Shown in pieces: positions 56,135 through 64,000 of a stretch of DNA of 64,000 nt. Location of the stretch: NCBI GenBank assembly GCA_021806005.1, contig JAJZDM010000004.1, positions 948 through 64,947 on the forward strand, read 5' to 3'. This stretch comes from Acidobacteriota bacterium (GTDB lineage Bacteria; Acidobacteriota; Terriglobia; Terriglobales; Acidobacteriaceae). Every line of letters starts with the position of its first letter. Positions within the stretch are counted from its first letter, which is position 1. Position numbers and translations under genes: made by a program. The notes below the pieces were generated by a model. It was not told the DNA's origin, searched no databases, and saw only the letters and a program-made list of their open reading frames with translations.

Positions 56135-58819
56135 CTATGACTTGAATGCGCCTGGACCGTCGGTCGCCAGGCCCAGCTCCGCGAAGGCCTTCTCTGCCAC
56201 GGCCGACTTCACGGCGCCGGTGCGCGCCAGCCTGGAGAGTGTTGCGGCGACGATCGACTCCGCGTCCACCTCGAAGTGGCGGCGCAGCTGCTGGCGGTTG
56301 TCGGAGCGCCCAAAGCCGTCGGTGCCCAGTGAGATCAGCCTTCCCGGGAGCCAGGGTGAGAGTCCATCCGGCATGGCTTTCATGTAATCGCTGACGGCCA
56401 CGATGGGCCCCTGGGCCGAGGAGAGAGCCTGGACGAGATAGGGAGTGCGCTCGGGTTCGGCCGGGTGGAGTCGATTCCAGCGCTCGACCTCCAGGCAGTC
56501 GCGACGCAGCTCGTTGTAGCTGGTGACGCTCCAGACGTCGACGGCCAGGTTGTAGCGGTCGGCCAGGATCTGCTGCGCGCGCAGGACCTCGTTGAGGATG
56601 GGTCCGCTGCCCAGCAGATGGGCCTTTGCGGCTCCCTTCGGGGCAGCGTTGAAGCGGTAGATGCCGCGCAGAATGCCTTCACGCACGTTGTCGCCTTCGG
56701 GCATGGCAGGCATTGGATAATCTTCGTTGTACATGGTGATGTAGTAGAAGGCGTCTTCGCCGTCTTCGTACATCCGGCGCAGGCCATCCTGAACGATGAC
56801 AGCCATCTCATAGACGTAGGCCGGGTCATAGGTGATGCAGGTAGGAATGGTTGCAGAGATTACGGGCGAGTGGCCATCCTGGTGCTGCAATCCCTCGCCG
56901 AGCATGGTGGTGCGTCCGGCGGTTCCACCCATCAGGAAGCCTTTGCCGTGGGAGTCTGCAAACGCCCAGATCATATCCCCGACGCGCTGGAAGCCAAACA
57001 TCGAGTAGTACATGAAGAAGGGCACCATGGGGAGGCGGTAGTTGGAATAGGCTGTTCCGGCAGCGGTAAAGCTGGCCATGGCGCCGGCCTCGGTGATGCC
57101 CTCCTCGAGGATCTGACCGCTCTTCTCCTCGCGGTAGCTGAGGAGCATGTCAGAGTCGTGAGGGGTGTACTTCTGCCCCTCGTGGGCATAGATGCCCACC
57201 TGCTTGATGGCCGACTCGAGGCCGAAGGTGCGCGCCTCATCGGGCACGATGGGCACGATGAGCTTGCCGACGGCTGGATCCTTGAGCAGGCCACGCAACA
57301 TGCTGACGAAGCCCATGGTGGTGGAGACGGCGCGCCCGCGCGATCCATCCAGCCACTCCTGGAAGAACTCCAGGCGGGGTACGGTGAGGCTTGGTTTGGG
57401 CGTCTGGCGCGCGGGCAGATAACCGCCCAGCTCTCTGCGCCGGGCCTGCATATACTGAATGGCCGGATCGCTGGACTCGGGCCGGTAGAACATGGCTTCC
57501 TTGACGGCGTCATCGGGCAGAGGGATATCAAAGGTGTGGACAAACTGCACCAGGGCCTCGTCGCTGAGCTTCTTCTCCGAGTGGGTTGCGTTGCGCGCCT
57601 GGGCTGAACCGAGGCCGTAGCCCTTGACGGTCATGGCCAGGATCACGGTCGGGGAGCCGGTATGCTCCAGGGCCCGCTTGTAGGCGTTGTAGATCTTGGC
57701 CGGATCGTGTCCGCCGCGGTGCAGGCGGATGATCTGGTCATCGGTCATATCCTTTACCAACTCCAGCAGCTCAGGGTACTTGCCGAAGAAGTGTTCGCGC
57801 AGATAGGCTCCGCCCTTGGCCTTATAGGCCTGGAAGTCTCCGTCCACGCACTCTTCCATGCGCTTGAGCAGAAGTCCCTTGGGATCGCGGGCGAAGAGTT
57901 CATCCCAGTCCGAGCCCCAGATGACCTTGATCACATTCCAACCGGCGCCCAGGAAGGTGCTCTCCAGTTCGTCGATGATGCGCTGATTGCCGCGCACCGG
58001 GCCGTCGAGCCGCTGCAGATTGCAGTTGACGACGAAGATGAGGTTATCCAGGTGCTCGCGGGAGCCCAGTGAGAGCGCGCCGAGCGTCTCTACCTCATCG
58101 GTCTCGCCATCGCCCACAAAGGCCCATATCTTCCGTGGGGTCTTCTCGATCAGGCTGCGGTTCTCCAGATAACGCATGAAGCGCGCCTGGTAGACGGCAT
58201 TGAGCGGACCGATCCCCATGGAGACGGTGGGGAACTGCCAGAAGTCTTTCATCAGCCAGGGGTGGGGATAGCTGGAGAGCCCGGGGTGCTCGCGCAGTTC
58301 ATGGCGGTAGTTCTTCAGCCGCTCCTCCTCGAGCCGGCCCTCCAGAAAGGCGCGCGCATAGATGCCGGGGGAGGCGTGGCCCTGGAAGTAGATAAAGTCG
58401 CCGGGCTGGTCGCCTGCGGAGCCCGGATAGCTGGCGTGGAAGAAGTGATTGAAGCCGACCTCGAGCAGCGTCGCCAGCGAAGAGTAGGTGGAGATGTGTC
58501 CGCCGATGCCGGCGTCCTTTTTGTTTTGCCGGTGGACCATCGCCATGGCGTTCCAGCGGATGAGGGCCTCCACCCGACGCTCCAGCTTGCGGTCGCCGGG
58601 ATAGGGGACCTCATCGAATCGGGGGATGGTGTTGCAGAAGGGTGTGGTGATGGTTCCGGTGGCCGGCACGCCAGCCTCTCTCGCGCGTGTGCGCAAGGCG
58701 GAGAGCAGAGCCGCGCCCTGTTCCCAGTCCTTCGCCACGACCTGGTCAAACGCTTCAATCCACTCAGCTACCTCGGCCGAAAGATCCTGCCTGACCGCCT
58801 CTTCCAACTGCATTGCCAT
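56135..58819 (-). CDS. aceE: Pyruvate dehydrogenase E1 component, homodimeric type
   Basis: ...IRWNAMAMVHRQNK...GGHISTYSS...FQGHASPGIYARAFLEGR...AFVGDGETDEVETLGAL...VNCNLQRLDGPVRGN. ATG at 58819 is preceded by GGGAGA. Confidence 0.92.
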   Translation of the reverse strand: MAMQLEEAVRQDLSAEVAEWIEAFDQVVAKDWEQGAALLSALRTRAREAGVPATGTITTPFCNTIPRFDEVPYPGDRKLERRVEALIRWNAMAMVHRQNKKDAGIGGHISTYSSLATLLEVGFNHFFHASYPGSAGDQPGDFIYFQGHASPGIYARAFLEGRLEEERLKNYRHELREHPGLSSYPHPWLMKDFWQFPTVSMGIGPLNAVYQARFMRYLENRSLIEKTPRKIWAFVGDGETDEVETLGALSLGSREHLDNLIFVVNCNLQRLDGPVRGNQRIIDELESTFLGAGWNVIKVIWGSDWDELFARDPKGLLLKRMEECVDGDFQAYKAKGGAYLREHFFGKYPELLELVKDMTDDQIIRLHRGGHDPAKIYNAYKRALEHTGSPTVILAMTVKGYGLGSAQARNATHSEKKLSDEALVQFVHTFDIPLPDDAVKEAMFYRPESSDPAIQYMQARRRELGGYLPARQTPKPSLTVPRLEFFQEWLDGSRGRAVSTTMGFVSMLRGLLKDPAVGKLIVPIVPDEARTFGLESAIKQVGIYAHEGQKYTPHDSDMLLSYREEKSGQILEEGITEAGAMASFTAAGTAYSNYRLPMVPFFMYYSMFGFQRVGDMIWAFADSHGKGFLMGGTAGRTTMLGEGLQHQDGHSPVISATIPTCITYDPAYVYEMAVIVQDGLRRMYEDGEDAFYYITMYNEDYPMPAMPEGDNVREGILRGIYRFNAAPKGAAKAHLLGSGPILNEVLRAQQILADRYNLAVDVWSVTSYNELRRDCLEVERWNRLHPAEPERTPYLVQALSSAQGPIVAVSDYMKAMPDGLSPWLPGRLISLGTDGFGRSDNRQQLRRHFEVDAESIVAATLSRLARTGAVKSAVAEKAFAELGLATDGPGAFKS

Positions 58820-59026
58820 TGCTCGTCTCCCTGTACAGACCCGGCGCGAAGGCCAAAGGTCTCCATCTCTACAATAATTTGCCGAGGGGGTCTGTGCCCA
58901 GCGGCACATCTTTTCCGTGCCTCGGAGGGGAGCGGAGGATCAGCCGTCGCGAAGGTTCGCCTACCGCCCGCACGTAAAGACTGTGGGCGGGCGGTGGAGC
59001 GTTTGGGCGAGGCTGCTGTCGCAGTG

Positions 59027-60274
59027 CTAGGTAGAGTAATCGGCGTTGATGCTGACGTACTCATGGGTCAGGTCGCAGGTGACAAAGCGGGTCTTGCCCG
59101 GTCCCTGTCCGAGTTGGATCGAGATGGTGTACTCGCGCAGGCTCATGGCCGCATGGGTGGCGGCCTCGTCAAAGGCGACCGAGCGCAGACCGGACTCAAA
59201 GACTGGCAGGCCGCCGATGGAGATCCGTACCTGGGCGGGATCGAAGGCGACGCCGGCCCGCCCGGCCGCAGCCAGCAGACGGCCCCAGTTGGGATCGGCG
59301 CTGGACCAGGCGGTCTTGCACAGGGGCGAGGCGGCGATCGTCCGGGCGATGGCCTGGGCATCGGTGTCGCTGCCGGCGCCGGAGACCTCCAGGGTCACCA
59401 CGTGGGTGACGCCCTCTCCGTCGTCGACGATCTTGTAGGCCAGGGTGTGACAGACGCGCTGCAGGGCAGCCTCGAAGGATGCGACGGCGGCGCCCTCAGC
59501 CGGTACCCCGCTTTCACCGCTGGCCAGCAGCAGAACGGTGTCGTTGGTGCTCATATCGCCGTCGATGGAGATGGAGTTGAAGCTGGCGGCGACCGCCGGG
59601 GAGAGCATTGCGGAGAGTTGCCGGCTGGATGCGTCCAGGTCAGTGAACAGATAGACCAGCATGGTGGCGTGCGGCGCAGCGGCAGGGGTGGCGGGGAGCA
59701 GGTGTGGACCGATCATCCCGGCTCCCTTGGCGCATCCGAACAGATTGACGGTCCGGCCGCCGAGGGTGAAGCTCTCCTGGGCTACCTTCAATCGGGTGTC
59801 GGTGGTGAGAATGGCAGTGGCAAAGGCCTCGGCGTTCTCCGTGGCCCGACCGAGCGCCTGCGTGGCCGCGGGAACGGCTGCAATGAGTTTCTCCACCGGC
59901 AGCGGCACGCCGATGATTCCGGTAGAAGAGGGAAGAATCTCGTCGAAGACGCAGCCCAGGGCGTCCGCTACAGCCACGCAGCTCCTGTGGCATGCCTCGA
60001 TGCCGAGATCGCCGGTGGCGCAGTTGGCGTTTCCGGCGTTGACGAGCACTCCGGAGACCCTGCCTCCGGTGGCCGCCAGGTGCCGGCGACCCACGATGAT
60101 GGGGGCGGCAACGACCTGATTGCTGGTGAACATCACTGCGGCCTCTGCGGGCTTGTCGCAGGCAGCCACCGCCAGATCCGGTTTGCCGCTGGCTTTGATG
60201 CCGGCGCGCACCGCGGACCAGCGAAATCCGAGGGGAAGCGGCAGGGGAAGGGAAGAAGAGTCGTGCTGGTTCAC
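59027..60274 (-). CDS. argJ: Bifunctional glutamate N-acetyltransferase / amino-acid acetyltransferase ArgJ
   Basis: GTG start; GFRWSAVRAGIK...NAGNANCATG...HATMLVYLFTD (autoprocessing T-containing motif)...EYVSINADYST. Confidence 0.9.
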   Translation of the reverse strand: MNQHDSSSLPLPLPLGFRWSAVRAGIKASGKPDLAVAACDKPAEAAVMFTSNQVVAAPIIVGRRHLAATGGRVSGVLVNAGNANCATGDLGIEACHRSCVAVADALGCVFDEILPSSTGIIGVPLPVEKLIAAVPAATQALGRATENAEAFATAILTTDTRLKVAQESFTLGGRTVNLFGCAKGAGMIGPHLLPATPAAAPHATMLVYLFTDLDASSRQLSAMLSPAVAASFNSISIDGDMSTNDTVLLLASGESGVPAEGAAVASFEAALQRVCHTLAYKIVDDGEGVTHVVTLEVSGAGSDTDAQAIARTIAASPLCKTAWSSADPNWGRLLAAAGRAGVAFDPAQVRISIGGLPVFESGLRSVAFDEAATHAAMSLREYTISIQLGQGPGKTRFVTCDLTHEYVSINADYST

Positions 60275-60402
60275 AGTGTTTACTCTACCAAGCGCAAGGG
60301 CTGCATGCTGGCTGTGGAGAGAACGTCGCGTGGGGAAGGTTGGGGCACCTCTGCCGCCTCGGCAGAACCGAGGTCATATGGCCTGGGGGCGCGGCATGCG
60401 GG

Positions 60403-60429
60403 GCGGCTCTTCCCGTGAGGAAGAGCCGC
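60403..60429 (-). terminator. 11-bp perfect hairpin downstream of the M28 peptidase gene (GCGGCTCTTCC-N5-GGAAGAGCCGC); no U-tract
   Basis: Read directly. A second 7-bp hairpin lies at about 60443-60467. Confidence 0.35.
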
Positions 60430-60475
60430 ACCGCCAAGGGTTGCTGCGCGGAAGACGGCTGCGCAGCCCCGTCGT

Positions 60476-62758
60476 TTACCGCGCAGCGACTGCGGCTGTG
60501 CCCTGGAGGATTGGACCCTCCAGTACCTTTGCCGCCTGGTTGAGGGCGGTCGTCAGCTCATCGAGTTGGCTCTGGGTGCGTGCGCTGTCGCCGGCTTCGA
60601 TACCTTCATTCACTCCGGGAATGTCTACTGCCGCATAGCCGGTGTACTCGCCAGGAGCGTAGATGGTGTGCCTGTACCATGGCCTGTGGGGCAGGCCGGC
60701 CGGGTTGAGGAGGGCCTCTTCGACCTGGCGCAGGGCGGTGTTCAGGCCGGTCTGGTCGGCTGCCGCAGGGGTCTGCTGCTGCCGCTGGTACATCGTGGCA
60801 CCGGCGGCCGCAAAGCGCTTGGCCGCGGTGGTGGCAGCGGCGAAGTCCAGATGCATCCCGGCTGCGGTGGCGCGCTGCTGCGCCTGGGCGACGTACTGCT
60901 CCACCTCCTTGCCATAGGCACGGTAGTCGTAGGGCAGCACATCGGCATCGGCCATATGCAGGATCTCCAGACCAAAGACGCGCGCCATCTCCTGTTCATA
61001 GACGAAGGTGGGGTCGGCAAAGCGGGTGAACCATGTGAAGTCGTCAAAGGTGGAGTGATAGACGCCGTAAGGCCCATCAGATCCGATGTCGGTGGAGGGT
61101 ACGCCCAGGTGCTGCAGAAACGGGGTATAGTCCGATCCTGAGCCCAGATCTCCGATATGGACCGGGGCAGAGGGTATGGGGGTCTGGGCAGGTCCTGCCT
61201 GGCCGTGGGTGCTGTCAGCGTGGCTGGGGGTGTTGTGATGAGCCTGCTGGTGAGCCTGCCACTGCGCATACACCGTGCCTCCCCGCGGACTGGGGACCTC
61301 GCGGGTTAGCTGGCGCACAAACTTCTTGAGGGACGGAACGGCTGAGGCGTCGAAGTCCGGGCCGGAGACGCCTACATCGGTGTTGAAGTACGCCACGGCG
61401 TGGGAGAGTTCCTGGGCGTGCATCTCAGCCCATTCGGTGGAGCCCATCAGGCCCTCTTCCTCGGCGTCCCAGGAGCAGAGAAGGATTCGCCGCCGAGGAC
61501 GCCATCCCTGTTTGAGCAGGACGCCCAATCCCTGTGCTGCACCGAGCATGGCGACGGTTCCACTATTGGGGTCTACGGCTCCGTAGACCCAGGCGTCGCG
61601 ATGGTTGCCTGCGATCACCCAGTTGTCTCTCTGGGCGGGGTCGGTACCGTCGATGGTTCCAATGACGTCCCAGATGGTGCGCAGCTTGTAGTCCTGCACC
61701 AGATGCATGTGCACCCGGACCGCTCCTGAACCTCCGAGGTGGTAGGGGAACGGAAGCCCACCCTGCCAGGAGTGCGGAGACTGCGGCCCATCCAGCGCCT
61801 TCAGGATGGGAGCCGCATCCTGGTAGGAGAGCGGATTGGAGGGGATGGATGGCTGGTTCATCTTCTTTGGATCGGTGATGCGGTCAGCGTTGGGGAGGTT
61901 GAGCGTGGAGGCGATGCCCGGCGTCTCGGGATCACCGGGATAGAGCGGGAGAAACTGCACGCTGCCGCGTTGGACGCCGCTGGCGGGCCGCCACGGTCCC
62001 CTGGGGTAGACCGGACCCTTTCCATCTCCATCGTCGGCCGGGTCGGAGTAGATGAGAACCCCGGCTGCTCCGTACTGCTGGGCGATGTAGACCTTAACGC
62101 CGCGAAAGTTCTCACCGTAGCGCACGATGACGATCTTGCCCTTGACGCTGATGCCCATGGCAGCGAGCCGCTTGAAGTCCGCCAGAGTCCCATAGTTGGC
62201 GTACACCACATCCGCGGTGACGTCGCCGGAGGGGGAGGAGCCGTGGAACGCCGGCAGGATGCGGGGGTCGTTCTGAAAGGGGTCCCCTCCGTCGATGTTA
62301 GGGTCCACATGCTCGGGCGACGGCCCGGACATGATCTTTTCTCCGCTGCCGTTGAAGGCGTCGATCTGGATGATGACCGGCTTGTTGAGCAGGACACGGA
62401 AGGGTTGGATGGTGACATGCAGGCCGGCAGCGCGAAACTGCTTGGCCACATAGAGCGCGGTGGCGTGATCCTCGGGAGAGCTGGCCCAGTGGGGGGCTAT
62501 CGTGAGGGTCTTCAACTCCTGGCGGGCCTGCGTGGTGCTGGGTACGGCCATGAAGGCCTGGTCCAGGCGGGACTGTGCCGAGAAGTCGTTAAAACCGAAG
62601 ACCTGGGTGACGGGGGTCTGTGCCCAGACTGCCAGCGGAATGCAGGTGGCGATGGTGAAGAGCGGGGCAAAGACAGAGCGAGCGGTGAACCGGATGGTAG
62701 ACCGGACAGAGACCCCGGGGGTGACCCAGGCAGGGGGCCAGGCTGTAAATCGGCGCAT
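60476..62758 (-). CDS. M28-family metallopeptidase with PA domain and transferrin-receptor-like dimerisation domain (glutamate carboxypeptidase II-like)
   Basis: ATG at 62758 (M162 of the 921-aa track ORF). Signal/TM ...FAPLFTIATCIPLAVWA; ...VKGKIVIVRYG (PA domain); ...ILLCSWDAEEEGLMGSTEW (M28 metal ligands); C-terminal helical domain. Confidence 0.85.
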   Translation of the reverse strand: MRRFTAWPPAWVTPGVSVRSTIRFTARSVFAPLFTIATCIPLAVWAQTPVTQVFGFNDFSAQSRLDQAFMAVPSTTQARQELKTLTIAPHWASSPEDHATALYVAKQFRAAGLHVTIQPFRVLLNKPVIIQIDAFNGSGEKIMSGPSPEHVDPNIDGGDPFQNDPRILPAFHGSSPSGDVTADVVYANYGTLADFKRLAAMGISVKGKIVIVRYGENFRGVKVYIAQQYGAAGVLIYSDPADDGDGKGPVYPRGPWRPASGVQRGSVQFLPLYPGDPETPGIASTLNLPNADRITDPKKMNQPSIPSNPLSYQDAAPILKALDGPQSPHSWQGGLPFPYHLGGSGAVRVHMHLVQDYKLRTIWDVIGTIDGTDPAQRDNWVIAGNHRDAWVYGAVDPNSGTVAMLGAAQGLGVLLKQGWRPRRRILLCSWDAEEEGLMGSTEWAEMHAQELSHAVAYFNTDVGVSGPDFDASAVPSLKKFVRQLTREVPSPRGGTVYAQWQAHQQAHHNTPSHADSTHGQAGPAQTPIPSAPVHIGDLGSGSDYTPFLQHLGVPSTDIGSDGPYGVYHSTFDDFTWFTRFADPTFVYEQEMARVFGLEILHMADADVLPYDYRAYGKEVEQYVAQAQQRATAAGMHLDFAAATTAAKRFAAAGATMYQRQQQTPAAADQTGLNTALRQVEEALLNPAGLPHRPWYRHTIYAPGEYTGYAAVDIPGVNEGIEAGDSARTQSQLDELTTALNQAAKVLEGPILQGTAAVAAR

Positions 62759-62817
62759 GAAGACATCCTCCAAGAGGGACTGGCAGGAGTTTACGCCAAG
62801 GTGCAGCCTGTTTCTGC

Positions 62818-63222
62818 CTAAACCTGCTGCGTGCAGTATCGGCAACGTGTTGCCGCCGCTGGAATATCGCTCAGGCACTGGGGGCAGGGCTTGGTGGGCG
62901 CAGGTGCGGCGGGCGGAGCCGGAGGATTGAACTTCTTCAACAGATATTGGGTGGGTACCACCAGGAAGAAATAAACTACGGCGGCGATGAGAAGGAAGTT
63001 GATTACCGCGGTGAGAAAGGTTCCGTACTTGACCTCGCCGCCGTTCACGTGGGCGATCAGGTAATCGAAGTTGGGCTTGCCCACCACCGCCCCAAGGAGC
63101 GGGTTGATGATGTTGGCGGTGAGCGCGGTGACGATCGCGGTGAAGGCCGCGCCGATGATGACGGCGACAGCCAGATCCATGACATTGCCACGCAGGATGA
63201 AATCGCGAAATCCCTTGAGCAT
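62818..63222 (-). CDS. mscL: Large-conductance mechanosensitive channel MscL with C-terminal CxxC...CxxC extension
   Basis: MLKGFRDFILRGNVMDLAVAVIIGAAFTAIVTALTANIINPLLG...; tail ...KPCPQCLSDIPAAATRCRYCTQQV. Confidence 0.92.
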   Translation of the reverse strand: MLKGFRDFILRGNVMDLAVAVIIGAAFTAIVTALTANIINPLLGAVVGKPNFDYLIAHVNGGEVKYGTFLTAVINFLLIAAVVYFFLVVPTQYLLKKFNPPAPPAAPAPTKPCPQCLSDIPAAATRCRYCTQQV

Positions 63223-63392
63223 GCGTCCTCCGGTCCATCAAGATTTTTGCCTGGATTGCTGCCTGAGTATACCCTCAGCCGCTGGATCTGGTTGAAGCAA
63301 GGTTCGGGAGAATCAACAGGAGCAGATCTCCTGGACCGTCCGCCTGCTGCGGCGGAGTGTATCCGCGGTATTGCAAGCAGTATTGTAAGAAG

Positions 63393-64000
63393 ATGAGTTT
63401 GCCCTCGATGCGCGTTCGGCTGCTTGCCTTTGGTTCTCTTGGTTCGCTGGTTCCCCGCGACGGGGAGTGGCGGGAACTGTCCCCCGGAGCCTCGGTCGCT
63501 GACCTGCTGGCGGCCTTGTGTAACGAGGGCCAGGTCGACCCGGCTGCGCTGGGCAGCGCAGCCGTTGCGGTGAACCAGGAGTACAGCCGTCGCTCGGTCG
63601 AACTCAAGGACGGGGATGAGGTTGCTATTCTTCCTCCGGTAAGCGGAGGCAGGGACGAGGGCGCACAGGGCGCAGGCGGGCCCTCCCATATTGCCCTGGT
63701 GCGCGGGCCGATCGACGGAGCAGCCATCGAGCAGGCGATGAAGACGGGCGCCGACGGCGCTGTGTGCGTCTTCGACGGCATTGTTCGCGACAACTCGCGC
63801 GGCCGCCGCACGCTGTACCTGGAGTATGAGGCCTACGAGGAGATGGCGCTGCGGCAGATCCACCTGCTGCGTGCAGAGGCGATCGAGGAGTTTGGCGTGC
63901 GCGAGGCTGCGATTGTGCATCGGCTGGGCCGGATCGAGGTTGGGGAGACCAGCGTCTTCATCGTGGTGGCCTCAGCCCATCGCGCGGCCGCCTTCGCGGC
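63393..64000 (+). CDS. MoaD-MoaE fusion (molybdopterin synthase sulfur-carrier + catalytic subunit), 3' end runs off the window
   Basis: Own translation (not in the track): MSLPSMRVRLLAFGSL...DGDEVAILPPVSGG (MoaD C-terminal GG), continuing in frame RDEGAQGAGGPSHIALVRGPIDG...GAVCVFDGIVRDNSRG...LEYEAYEEMA...IVHRLGRIEVGETSVFIVVASAHRAAAF (MoaE). An alternative ATG lies at 63408. Confidence 0.8.
   Translation, partial: MSLPSMRVRLLAFGSLGSLVPRDGEWRELSPGASVADLLAALCNEGQVDPAALGSAAVAVNQEYSRRSVELKDGDEVAILPPVSGGRDEGAQGAGGPSHIALVRGPIDGAAIEQAMKTGADGAVCVFDGIVRDNSRGRRTLYLEYEAYEEMALRQIHLLRAEAIEEFGVREAAIVHRLGRIEVGETSVFIVVASAHRAAAFA

Noticed and set aside
58262-60418. 718-aa plus-strand ORF
   Set aside because: It is antisense to aceE and argJ and spans their intergenic region. 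It is Gly/Ala/Arg-rich low-complexity sequence, so I treat it as a shadow ORF.
62759-63241. N-terminal 161 residues of the 921-aa track ORF (Arg/His-rich)
   Set aside because: This part overlaps the mscL gene in another frame. The peptidase has a sensible ATG at 62758 followed by a signal/TM segment, so the extension is spurious.
63223-63392. Possible Moco riboswitch upstream of the moaD-moaE fusion
   Set aside because: There are only short hairpins (for example CCGC-CTGCT-GCGG), and I cannot match the conserved Moco-motif features from memory. An Infernal/Rfam scan would be needed before any claim.

Overview
GC-rich bacterial chromosomal window. The gene content (S53 sedolisin, PNGase A-like amidase, HpnI/GT21-like transferase, Wzc/Wza polysaccharide genes) suggests Acidobacteriota; that is inference only. 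I call about 55 protein genes. I saw no rRNA, tRNA, CRISPR array, transposase, integrase or phage genes. Landmarks: dnaK-sORF-dnaJ with a detached hspR-like MerR gene (7.1-12.6 kb); PNGase A-like amidase plus sedolisin (15.5-20.9 kb); gmhB-DUF721-gatC-gatA (21-24 kb); infA-rpmJ-rpsM-rpsK-rpsD-rpoA-rplQ (28.3-32.6 kb); groES-groEL behind a CIRCE operator (37.1-39.4 kb); a Wzc/Wza-type exopolysaccharide locus with UDP-GlcA/UDP-Xyl synthesis genes (41.2-55.1 kb); and aceE, argJ, an M28 peptidase, mscL and a moaD-moaE fusion (55-64 kb). Most of the window is housekeeping, and I do not see a clear-cut novel multi-gene system such as a defence island. The items most worth a second look are the unrecognised 85-aa ORF between dnaK and dnaJ (with a perfect dyad in the dnaK promoter and a nearby HspR-like gene), the EPS locus that lacks Wzx/Wzy/priming transferase in the window, an E1-alpha-like protein with a destroyed TPP motif next to aceE, an odd TM/lipobox-like insertion in the sedolisin tail, and a 23-bp sense-strand stem-loop inside the alpha ribosomal operon. 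Many long ORFs in the six-frame track are antisense shadows typical of GC-rich DNA and were rejected. The track also translates TTG/GTG starts as M, so several starts were re-picked.
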